The notes under the pieces were generated by a model. It saw only the letters and a list, made by a program, of their open reading frames with translations. It was not told where the DNA came from and made no database searches. A stretch of 64,000 nucleotides of DNA from a bacterium (GTDB lineage: Bacteria; UBA8248), in the NCBI GenBank assembly GCA_965204535.1, contig OZ241996.1:416001-480000 (forward strand), in the 5' to 3' direction. Positions 51,092 through 59,665 of the stretch are shown here, piece by piece; positions within the stretch are counted from its first letter, which is position 1; every line of letters begins with the position of its first letter. Made by a program: the position numbers and the translations under genes.

Positions 51092-51276
51092 ACGCACCTC
51101 CTGAGTTTGAGAATGAGGCCGCGGCTCCCGAGACGGGGCCGCCCGCTCTTTCCGCGTTTCCGCATGAGTAGAATGTGAGGAAATTATGCGCGAACGCCGC
51201 GCGTTTTTCAATTTGCGGAATTGATGGCTTTTGCGTTTTCTCTCTCCGGGAGTTTGGTGAAGGGGAGGGGAGAAAC

Positions 51277-51514
51277 AGGGTTGTTGAAAAGCCTCTCGCC
51301 GGTCGATTTGATTGCCCTTTCACCTGCATGAAAACCAACCCCCCCTACCCCCCTTGTCAGGGGTCAAAACCGACCGAAGAGGGAGGTTTTGCAAGACGAT
51401 GTGTTTCTCGTCAATGGCTTATGCAAACGCTCGTTCATCACTCGCGTTTGACCCCTGACAAGGGGGGTAGGGGGGGGTGCCTTTATCCCCCGACGAGGCT
51501 TTTTCAACAATCGC
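51277..51514. mobile_element. MITE-like element F
   Basis: GGGTTGTTGAAAAG ... CTTTTTCAACAA ends; inverted CCCCCTACCCCCCTTGTCAGGGG pair. Confidence 0.7.
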
Positions 51515-51628
51515 AAAACGTCTCGCCCGGAAGATTTCGAGACTTGCGTCCATTTCCCCGCGAGCGATAAGCGGCTATATTCGGTGAAGCAGTTGCGCTC
51601 CAAAGCCCGCCGCCGGGACGGAGTTCCC

Positions 51629-52081
51629 TTGATCACATACATCGACGAAATCGATCGCCACATCTCGGGCTGGATGAACCGCTACGGGCGGCTGTTCCTG
51701 CGAATCTCGCTCGCCGTCGTCTTCATCTGGTTCGGGGCACTGAAACCCCTTGGGATGAGCGCTGCCGCCGAGCTCGTGCGCCGCACGGTCTACTGGCTGC
51801 CGCCCGATTTCTTCATCCCCCTGCTCGGCTGGTGGGAGGTGGCGATAGGGGTGGGGCTGCTCTTCCGCCCGCTCATCCGCGTCGCGCTCTTTCTGCTCTT
51901 CCTGCAGATGCCGGGGACGATTCTGCCGCTCTTCCTGCTGCCCGAAGTCTGCTTCACGCAGATTCCCTTCGCGCCGACGCTGGAGGGGCAATACATCATC
52001 AAGAACCTCATTCTCTTGAGCGCGGCCATCGCCGTGGGCGGCACGGTGCGACGGGAGGAGGATGCGGGTTCGCGGATTTAA
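51629..52081 (+). CDS. DoxX/YkgB-like membrane protein
   Basis: LRISLAVVFIWFGALK and PTLEGQYIIKNLILL motifs; four TM; TTG start uncertain. Confidence 0.75.
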   Translation: MITYIDEIDRHISGWMNRYGRLFLRISLAVVFIWFGALKPLGMSAAAELVRRTVYWLPPDFFIPLLGWWEVAIGVGLLFRPLIRVALFLLFLQMPGTILPLFLLPEVCFTQIPFAPTLEGQYIIKNLILLSAAIAVGGTVRREEDAGSRI

Positions 52082-52141
52082 GAAGTGAATATCCCTGTGC
52101 GCGGGGGCAAATCCCACAGTACAGGATAGGTACCTGGTTTT

Positions 52142-52320
52142 GTAGGGACAGGTCGCGACCTGTCCCTACGACTTCGTTCGTCATTCCGGCAATCCCTCCC
52201 TCACCGGGTGGAATTGATTGTAGGGGCCGCATATATGCGGCCCGTCGTTGGAAGGCGAAAAGGCAGAGTCGCGTATACGTCGGACATATATGTCCGACCT
52301 ACACAGCCCCCTCAAGGGGG
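52142..52320. repeat. Cluster of GTAG-family REP palindromes plus an orphan MITE right end
   Basis: GTAGGGACAGGTCGCGACCTGTCCCTAC; GTAG-GGGCCGCATATATGCGGCCC; GTCGGACATATATGTCCGAC-CTAC; ACAGCCCCCTCAAGGGGG. Confidence 0.75.
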
Positions 52321-52450
52321 GAGTAATTCCCAAACTCGCATTCGCCATTTTCGCTCCTCACTCTCTCTTTACTCTGCCGCTGGAATAATTCAAGACTTAC
52401 AGTATCCGGCAATATGCCGTACATTACAGGAAGACCAAGGAGGCGAGACC

Positions 52451-52675
52451 ATGCAGAATTTCCCTAACCATAACGACGCCATCGACGAGGCGACTTTCAT
52501 GACCGGCACAGCTTTAGAGCGCGCCCGGCTCACGATTGCCGATCATGAGCGCACGCTCCTCAGGGCTGATGACCGCGCCGTGGTTCTCGCCGCCCTCGAT
52601 GCGCCCCAAGAGCCGACCGAAGCCTTGCGCGAGGCGATGGCCCTGCACGAAGCGCGGGTGGCGCGTGACAGCTGA
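52451..52675 (+). pseudogene. DUF1778 (TacA-type) antitoxin with internal deletion
   Basis: AGGAGG RBS; C-terminal HERTLL..D..V.AALDAP.EPTEALREAM; RHH segment appears missing. Confidence 0.6.
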
Positions 52676-52826
52676 GGACATATCAGTTCCACAAAGCATA
52701 TCCATAGAACCGATCAACTCGAAAAAACGCCTTGCGTTCTACGCCGCCATGGGATTTCAGCCCTTGCCGTCGCGTCCCCTGAGAATGTTCATCAGCATCG
52801 AAACGATTCACAGGGCACTGGCCTGA
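52665..52826 (+). pseudogene. GNAT (TacT-type) toxin remnant
   Basis: N-terminal ISIEPINSKK joined directly to C-terminal LAFYAAMGFQPLPSRPLRMFISIETI. Confidence 0.6.
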
Positions 52827-52884
52827 AGCGCGTTTCAGGCGGGCGGGTCTGGCGCGTCCGCTCTCCAGACCTTAAAGTGTCCCC

Positions 52885-53742
52885 ATGACATTCCTTGCCC
52901 TCTCGCTGGTGCTGACCGCCGCTTTTTGTCACGCCACCTGGAACCTGCTGGTCAAGCGCATCAACGGCGGACCGGAACTCGTCTGGCTGTTTTCCGTTTT
53001 CTCGGTGTTGATCTACCTGCCGGTCGTCGTGGTCGTTTATCTGATGGAGCGCCCCCTCATGGAGTGGCGCGAGATCGGGTTCTACGTCGGCAGCGCCGCA
53101 CTGCACATGGCCTATTTCCTGCTTCTCCAGCAGGGCTACCGCAGGGGCGATTTGTCCCTGGTCTACCCGGTTGCGCGGGCTACCGGGCCGTTCCTCTCGA
53201 CCCTGTTCGCCGTCTCCGTTCTGGGTGAGAATCTGACCGTCCAGATCGCCGTCGGCGGCCTGGCGATCATCGTCGGCATCGTGTTCCTGACGGGCGGCTT
53301 CGACTGGTCTTCCGCGCGGCGCACGAGTTCGCTCTTGTTCGGGGTTTCCACAGGCGTGCTCATCGGCAGCTATACAATCTGGGACGCCTATGCGGTCAGC
53401 GCGCTCGCCATACCGCCGTTGCTGCTCGATTACGCGTCGAACTTCGCGCGCGCCACGTTTCTGATGCCCTACGCCTTCACGCGCAGGAAGCTCATCGTGA
53501 AGCATTGGCGCGAACACAAGCTCGCCGTGCTCGGGATCGCCGTGTTCACCCCGCTTGCGTATATGCTGGTGCTGACGGCGCTCGTCTTCACGCCGATCGT
53601 CTACGTCGCGCCCGCACGCGAGGTCAGCGTCCTGATCACCGTGGCGATGGGGTCGATCCTGCTGGGCGAGGGCGAGTTGCGCAGGCGCATGGGTTGGGCC
53701 TGTCTGATCCTCCTGGGCATGGTGATGCTGGTGCTGGGCTAG
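52885..53742 (+). CDS. EamA/DMT family transporter
   Basis: HATWNLLVK, GDLSLVYPVARATGP and VAPAREVSV motifs; about 10 TM. Confidence 0.88.
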   Translation: MTFLALSLVLTAAFCHATWNLLVKRINGGPELVWLFSVFSVLIYLPVVVVVYLMERPLMEWREIGFYVGSAALHMAYFLLLQQGYRRGDLSLVYPVARATGPFLSTLFAVSVLGENLTVQIAVGGLAIIVGIVFLTGGFDWSSARRTSSLLFGVSTGVLIGSYTIWDAYAVSALAIPPLLLDYASNFARATFLMPYAFTRRKLIVKHWREHKLAVLGIAVFTPLAYMLVLTALVFTPIVYVAPAREVSVLITVAMGSILLGEGELRRRMGWACLILLGMVMLVLG

Positions 53743-53765
53743 CGGCGGATGGTGTGTTCAGGCGC

Positions 53766-54068
53766 TTGAGGGGGGTTGTTGAAAAACCCCTCTTTGCTCG
53801 GAATTGACCACCGCCGTCATTCCGGCGAAAGCCGGAATCCATTCTAAAGCAGAATGACGATACAAAGGCTTTTTATCTCCTTGTCATTGGCGAGAACCAA
53901 CCAAAAATAAAAAATAAAGGCAAAACAAATGGATTCCGGCTTTCGCCGGAATGACGAACCAAATCGAGAACCGCAAGTTTCTGTAGGGGTCGTTCGCGAA
54001 CGACCCCTACTTCATCATCGGTCGCGACAAACACTCATTTATCAGGACTTTTTCAACAGCCCCCTTGA
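53766..54068. mobile_element. MITE-like element D
   Basis: TTGA-GGGGGGTTGTTGAAAAA ... TTTTTCAACAGCCCCC-TTGA; inverted GTCATTCCGGCGAAAGCCGGAATCCATT pair and GTAGGGGTCGTTCGCGAACGACCCCTAC. Confidence 0.78.
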
Positions 54069-54227
54069 GGGGAGCTTGCGGAGCGGGTGAGATTCTCCAC
54101 GTTGCTGAAGGCCATCTCGACGCGCCGCCGAATACGCCCCAAGCCGCTGGCCGGTGCGTTGAAAAATGCTATAGTGGCTTTCCCGGAAACGTCATCATAC
54201 TCAACATTTCTCATACAGGAGTGAACC

Positions 54228-54620
54228 ATGAGCGAGCCGCAAATCAGTGCGCAGGACGTCCTGAACGCCAGCGCCGGCTGTCTGCAGAAGCAGATGTACG
54301 TCTACTTCACGAAACCGGCGAACGGTCTGGGACCCGTGATGGAGAATCTCGAAGATCACTTGAAGTTTCAGGTCGAACTCGAACAAAAGGGGATCATGTT
54401 CGGCGCGGGGCCTTTCTGGACGGAGGATGAGCAGCGCTGGGAGGGGGAGGGGATGATCATCATCCGGGCCGAATCCCTTGCCGAGGCGCGGAAGATCGCC
54501 GAATCGGACCCCATGCACGCGAGCGGCGCGCGCACGTTCACCATACGCCCCTGGCTGCTGAACGAGGGGATGGTCACAATGAAGGTGACCTACTCGGACG
54601 GCGGGCGGGAAGTCATATGA
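54228..54620 (+). CDS. YciI-like protein
   Basis: HLKFQVELEQKGIMFGAGP, GMIIIRAES and DPMH motifs. Confidence 0.8.
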   Translation: MSEPQISAQDVLNASAGCLQKQMYVYFTKPANGLGPVMENLEDHLKFQVELEQKGIMFGAGPFWTEDEQRWEGEGMIIIRAESLAEARKIAESDPMHASGARTFTIRPWLLNEGMVTMKVTYSDGGREVI

Positions 54621-55477
54621 ACTGGACGCCGAGACGAGAGAGATTCCGCGCCCTGCTCGCGGGCGAGAGGTGCGTGCATCCCGGTTCGGTCTACGACCCA
54701 CTCACCGCGCGCATGGCGGAGGACCTGGACTTCGAGGTCGGGATGTTCGCAGGCTCCACCGCCTCGCTCACCGTGCTGGGCGCGCCGGACATCATCTTGT
54801 TGACGCTCACGGAATTCGCCGCCCAGGCGCTGCGCATCAACCGCGCGGCCGGGATGCCCCTGCTGGTGGATGCGGATCACGGCTACGGAAACGCGCTGAA
54901 CGTGAAGCGCACCGTCGAGGAACTCGAAACCGCCGGCGTGGCGGCCCTCTCGATTGAGGACACGGTGCTGCCCCAGCCATTCGGCGCGGATGGTGCGCAG
55001 CTCACTTCGATTGAAGAGGGCGCCGGCAAGATGCGCGCGGCGCTGGAGGGGCGCCAGGACCCGAATCTGGTGATCGCAGGCCGGACGAGCGCGCCGCGCG
55101 TCACGGGTACGGAAGACGCCATCGCGCGCGTGACGGCCTATGAGGCGGCGGGGGTGGACGCCATCTTCGTGGTGGGCGTCCAGAGCCGCGCTCAACTGGA
55201 GGCCATCTCGGCTGCGGTGAACCTCCCCATCATCCTGGGCGGTAGCGCAAAAGAGGTGCGGGGTCTGGATTATCTCGGCGGTCTGGGCGTGCGGGTCGCG
55301 CTCCAGGGCCATCAGCCCATCATGGCGGCGGCGGGGGCGGCCTATTCCACGCTGAAGGCGCTCAAAGACGGCGCGCAACCAGAAGACCTCGAAAGCGTGC
55401 CCTCAAACAATTTCATGAAGAAATACATGAACGACGCGGACTACCGACGGCAGATAGAGTCGTTTCTGGAGGAATGA
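54617..55477 (+). CDS. Oxaloacetate decarboxylase-like (ICL/PEP mutase family)
   Basis: FAGSTAS, DADHGYGNALNV and SIEDTVLPQPFG (lacks the KxCGH loop of PrpB/ICL). Confidence 0.8.
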   Translation: MNWTPRRERFRALLAGERCVHPGSVYDPLTARMAEDLDFEVGMFAGSTASLTVLGAPDIILLTLTEFAAQALRINRAAGMPLLVDADHGYGNALNVKRTVEELETAGVAALSIEDTVLPQPFGADGAQLTSIEEGAGKMRAALEGRQDPNLVIAGRTSAPRVTGTEDAIARVTAYEAAGVDAIFVVGVQSRAQLEAISAAVNLPIILGGSAKEVRGLDYLGGLGVRVALQGHQPIMAAAGAAYSTLKALKDGAQPEDLESVPSNNFMKKYMNDADYRRQIESFLEE

Positions 55478-55577
55478 AGTCCGCGCGCGAATCGCCGATC
55501 TCATGTGACGAAAGCGCTTTTCAGGATATATACTGGCTCCTCCATTAAGGACAGTTCATCCACCCGGGGAGAGCCTC

Positions 55578-56720
55578 ATGGCCATAGAACTTGCATGGTA
55601 TATGTCGTGTGACGGCGACAGCGCCTACATCGGCCGGAAATTCGCCGATCATCCCCCGAGCTATGAGACGTTCACCCGCATCGCGCAAAACGCGGAGAGA
55701 AGCGGCTTCACCACCATCCTGGTGCCCACCTCCCAGGTGAGCGGCCACTACGGGCCGCAGGCCCCGACGTGGGACAGCATGGTGAACGCCGCGGTGGTCG
55801 GCCCGGCGACCAAGACGATAAAGCTGCTCTTGGCCGTTCGCGTGGGGATCATCGACCCGGCCATCTGCGCGCGGATGATGGCCTCGCTCGACGAACTCAC
55901 CGGCGGGCGCATCCTCTACAACATCGTCACGGGAGGCGGCGCGCTCGCGAGCTACGGCGAGACGCTGGATCACGACACGCGCTATGAGCGCACGGATGAA
56001 TTTCTGGAAATCCTGGAGGGTCTCTGGACTCAGGAGAAATACTCCTTCGAGGGCAGGTTCTACAACCTGCAAGACGCCACCGTGTATCCCCGGCCGGTGC
56101 AGAAGCCGAGGATTCCCTTCTTCATGGCCGGGGCGTCCGAGATAGCACAGGACATCGCGATCCGCCGGGCGGAGTATTCGGTGTTCTGGGGAGAGACGCC
56201 CGGGCAGGTGGCCGAGCGCGTCGATTACATGAACGGGAAATGCGAGCGCGCGGGAAGGGCGCGCCCGCTCAAGTACGTGACGCGGTTTCAGATATTCGCG
56301 CGCCAGACGGAAGAGGAAGCCTTCGAGGCGGCGGAGGAAGTGATGAGCCGGGTCGACCCCGAGGTGCTCGCGCATCGCGGAAAGGTCATCTCCTCGTTCG
56401 AGAGCAAGGGCACGAAGGACCAGCAGGCCCGCACGCGCGAGGAGATGGTGGGCCCCAACCTCTGGGCCGGCATGGGCCGGATTCGCTCGGGCTCGGCCGT
56501 CGCCATCGTGGGTTCGTATGAACAGTGTGCGCAGAAGATCATCGAGATCGAACAGGCAGGCATCGACTTGCTCATCCTTTCGGGTTTCCCCCTGCATGAG
56601 GAATGCGTGAACGTCGGCAGGCACGTAATCCCGCTCGTGCGCGAGATGGAGCGGGAACTCGACCTCGTGCATGAAGGGGATGAGGCGTTCTTGCCCCTGA
56701 GCCAGGGGGTCACCGTCTAG
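55578..56720 (+). CDS. Luciferase-like (LLM) flavin monooxygenase, SsuD-like
   Basis: LLAVRVG, GGRILYNIVTG, HDTRYERTDEF and NLWAGMG..RSG...AIVGS motifs. Confidence 0.85.
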   Translation: MAIELAWYMSCDGDSAYIGRKFADHPPSYETFTRIAQNAERSGFTTILVPTSQVSGHYGPQAPTWDSMVNAAVVGPATKTIKLLLAVRVGIIDPAICARMMASLDELTGGRILYNIVTGGGALASYGETLDHDTRYERTDEFLEILEGLWTQEKYSFEGRFYNLQDATVYPRPVQKPRIPFFMAGASEIAQDIAIRRAEYSVFWGETPGQVAERVDYMNGKCERAGRARPLKYVTRFQIFARQTEEEAFEAAEEVMSRVDPEVLAHRGKVISSFESKGTKDQQARTREEMVGPNLWAGMGRIRSGSAVAIVGSYEQCAQKIIEIEQAGIDLLILSGFPLHEECVNVGRHVIPLVREMERELDLVHEGDEAFLPLSQGVTV

Positions 56721-56796
56721 CTTTTCAAGAGTATCGGCATATTTCGGCGGACTTGGAATAGAGTCCGATTTCTTTCACCGATGAGGGCGAATCTAC

Positions 56797-57972
56797 ATGG
56801 ATTTCGATTTGAACGAAGAACAAAAGGCGTGGCGCGATAAAGCGAGAAAATTCGCCGAAGAGGAAGTCGCGCCCATATCGCTGGAGCGGGACATGATATC
56901 CGACCCGAGGGAGACCTTCGACTGGGAGATCATCAAGAAGGGCTCCAGGCTCGGTTTCCGCACCGCCGTCGTGCCCAAGGATCGCGGGGGCCACGGGATC
57001 GATTTCGTCACCCAGGCGCTGGTGATGGAGGAGATCGCGCGCGGCGACAGCGCGATATCCAAAACCTTCAGCCAGTGCTGGAAGTGGAGCCACCTCATCG
57101 CCGCCTCCTGCACGGATGACCAGAAAGACAGGTTCCTGAAGCCCTTCCTTGAGGACGATACCTATCTGCTTGGCAAAGGCGGAACCGAGGAATCGGCGGG
57201 TTCTGACAACCGCATGCCTTCCGACGATCCCCGGACGGGCTGGAAGCTTAAGGCGGTGCGCGAGGGCGATGAGTGGGTGCTGAACGGCCGCAAGCGCTAC
57301 ATCGCCAACGGGAGCGTGGGCAAGCTCTTCTTCATCGACGGCAGGACCGACCCCGACGTTCCCATCACGCAGGGCACCACGCTCTTCCTCGTACCTTCGG
57401 ATACGCCGGGATTCCGCGTGGGCAAGGTGTACGACAAGATCGGCTGGCGCTTTTACCAGAACGCGGAACTCATCTTCGAGGACGCCCGCGTGCCGCACGC
57501 CAACGTGGTGGGCGAGGTGAACCGGGGGGTTCAGGCGCGAAAGGGCGATACGTCGGAGTTCGGCGATCTCGAACTCTCCGCCAACGGGCTGGGCGTGTGC
57601 CAGGCGGCGGTCGACCAGGCGATGCACCAGGCCAGGACGCGCTGGCAGGGCGGTAAATACATCATCGAGCACCAGGCGATACAGCTCAAACTCGCCGAGA
57701 TGCACATGCTCACCGAGGCGCTTCGCGCTTACGTCATGCGCACCGCGTGCGACCTGGAAAAGGGTGCGGACCGCGACATGAAGCACACCATCCTGCTCAT
57801 GAACTTCGCGACGGACGTCATACAGCGCGTCACCCACCTGAACATGGACATCCACGGTGGCGCCGGCGTCATGAAGGACGTGGGCGTGGAAAAACTCGTA
57901 CGCGACGCGATTGTCTGGACGCACCTCGCAGGCGACGCCGTACAGCGGATCAAGGTCATCAAGCACCTCTAG
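56797..57972 (+). CDS. Acyl-CoA dehydrogenase family protein
   Basis: TEESAGSD, WVLNGRKRYIANG, QAIQLKLAEM and IHGGAG motifs. Confidence 0.88.
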   Translation: MDFDLNEEQKAWRDKARKFAEEEVAPISLERDMISDPRETFDWEIIKKGSRLGFRTAVVPKDRGGHGIDFVTQALVMEEIARGDSAISKTFSQCWKWSHLIAASCTDDQKDRFLKPFLEDDTYLLGKGGTEESAGSDNRMPSDDPRTGWKLKAVREGDEWVLNGRKRYIANGSVGKLFFIDGRTDPDVPITQGTTLFLVPSDTPGFRVGKVYDKIGWRFYQNAELIFEDARVPHANVVGEVNRGVQARKGDTSEFGDLELSANGLGVCQAAVDQAMHQARTRWQGGKYIIEHQAIQLKLAEMHMLTEALRAYVMRTACDLEKGADRDMKHTILLMNFATDVIQRVTHLNMDIHGGAGVMKDVGVEKLVRDAIVWTHLAGDAVQRIKVIKHL

Positions 57973-57985
57973 GCGGGGGAATCCC

Positions 57986-59065
57986 ATGAGCGGAAAAACG
58001 GTTTCCCTGGCCGTCATCCTGGGCGACGGCGTGGGCCACGACGTGCTGCCCGTGGCGACGGAGGTGATACAGACTGCATCGGGCGCGATAGGAGTGAATG
58101 TCGAGCCGGAAATCTATGACTACGGCGCGCTCCATTATCTCGAACACGGAACCCCGCTGCCCGAGGACGTGGACGGCCTGGTGCGCGGCCTGGCGGAAAA
58201 ACACGACGCCATCCTGTTCGGAAGCGCAGGATTAGACCCCAGAATCCCCGAAGACGTGAACTGCCGCGATCTCCTGCGCGCGCTTCGCTTCGAACTCGAC
58301 CTGTACGTGAACCTGCGGCCGGCGCCGCTCCTGCATCCGGATTTTTCTCCCCTGAAACGGGACGCCGAAATCGACCTTGTCGTCGTGCGCGAGAACACCG
58401 AAGGGTTGAACGTGCGCGTGGGCGGCAACTTCAAGAAGGGGACGCCGGATGAGGTCGCTATCCAGGAGGACGTCAACACCTATAAGGGCGTCTCGCGCAT
58501 CTGCCGCTACGCCTTCGAGTACGCGCGAAAACACGGCTATCCCAAGGTGACCATGGCGGACAAGCACGGCTCCATCATCCACGCGCACGGCCTGTGGCAG
58601 CGCGTATTCTGGCAGACGTCGGAGGAATTCCCGGACGTGGAAGGGGAGCACTACTTCATCGACACCCTGTGCCAGGACCTCTTGTTCAAGCCGGAGGATT
58701 TCGGCGTCATCGTCACCAACAACATGTTCGGCGACATCCTGAGCGATCTGTGCGCAGGGCTGGTCGGAGGCGTGGGTCTGGCGGCGTCGGGCTGCATTCA
58801 CCCGGGCCGCGTGTGCATGTTCGAGCCCGTGCACGGCACCGCACCCGACATCGCCCTCAAGGGAATCGCGAACCCCTTCGCCGTCTGCCTCACGGGAAGA
58901 ATCCTGCTGAGCACGCTGGGCATGGAAAAGGCGGCGGACCTGATCTGGGAGGCGATTCGCTCCGCCGTCCGCGAGAAAAAGACCACGGCCGATCTCGGCG
59001 GTTCGCTGAATACACAAGAAGTGGGCGATTACCTCTGCGCGCACATCGAGAAATCGGGTGTGTAA
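57986..59065 (+). CDS. Isocitrate/isopropylmalate/tartrate dehydrogenase family
   Basis: GDGVG, YVNLRP, RENTEG, NMFGDILSD and FEPVHGTAPDIA motifs. Confidence 0.88.
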   Translation: MSGKTVSLAVILGDGVGHDVLPVATEVIQTASGAIGVNVEPEIYDYGALHYLEHGTPLPEDVDGLVRGLAEKHDAILFGSAGLDPRIPEDVNCRDLLRALRFELDLYVNLRPAPLLHPDFSPLKRDAEIDLVVVRENTEGLNVRVGGNFKKGTPDEVAIQEDVNTYKGVSRICRYAFEYARKHGYPKVTMADKHGSIIHAHGLWQRVFWQTSEEFPDVEGEHYFIDTLCQDLLFKPEDFGVIVTNNMFGDILSDLCAGLVGGVGLAASGCIHPGRVCMFEPVHGTAPDIALKGIANPFAVCLTGRILLSTLGMEKAADLIWEAIRSAVREKKTTADLGGSLNTQEVGDYLCAHIEKSGV

Positions 59066-59217
59066 ATTTTGAAGATTTTCCGGTTACGGATATTTGATTC
59101 GCTAGATGAAAGCCGCCAGGAAATACGCCATGATTGGCAGCGAGCGATGGGCTTACTTGTCAACGCTCATTGGGGCCGCTACCATGGCGAAAGGACGATG
59201 AAAGAGAGGACTTTGGA

Positions 59218-59592
59218 ATGACGGAATTCGAAATGGCGACGCTGGCTGTGCAGAAAATGGGCGTATTGGTCGCGGCCCTGGTCGGGTTTTCGCAGTGCGC
59301 CCTCATCGGCGGGGGTCTTTTCATGATGCGCCGCGCGGCGATCATGCGAGACAAGGCGCTCGACGAACTCATCAAGGGCGGGAGAACGAACCACGAAGAA
59401 GTCATGAAGAACCACGAGCAATTCATGGCGAATCATAGGGAAACCATGGAAAAGCACGAAGAAACCATGGCGGAGATCCGGGCGAACCGCGAACAAAGTA
59501 TGGAGAATCACAGGGAAGCCATGGCGAAGCACGAGGAGAGCATGGCGGCGCTTCATGAACTCATCAGGCGTACGAGCAAGGCGGAGGAATGA
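59218..59592 (+). CDS. Small membrane-anchored protein with His/Met heptad repeats
   Basis: GAGG RBS; N-terminal hydrophobic helix, then NHEEVMK-NHEQFMA-NHRETME-KHEETMA... Confidence 0.7.
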   Translation: MTEFEMATLAVQKMGVLVAALVGFSQCALIGGGLFMMRRAAIMRDKALDELIKGGRTNHEEVMKNHEQFMANHRETMEKHEETMAEIRANREQSMENHREAMAKHEESMAALHELIRRTSKAEE

Positions 59593-59665
59593 GTAAGACC
59601 TCCCTATTAGATCGACAAATTCCGACAACCTTTCATCATTCCTTTTAGCGTTTGGAAGGCCAAAT

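Noticed and set aside
52142-52320. Possible CRISPR array
   Set aside because: The palindromes differ in sequence and spacing, and there are no cas genes
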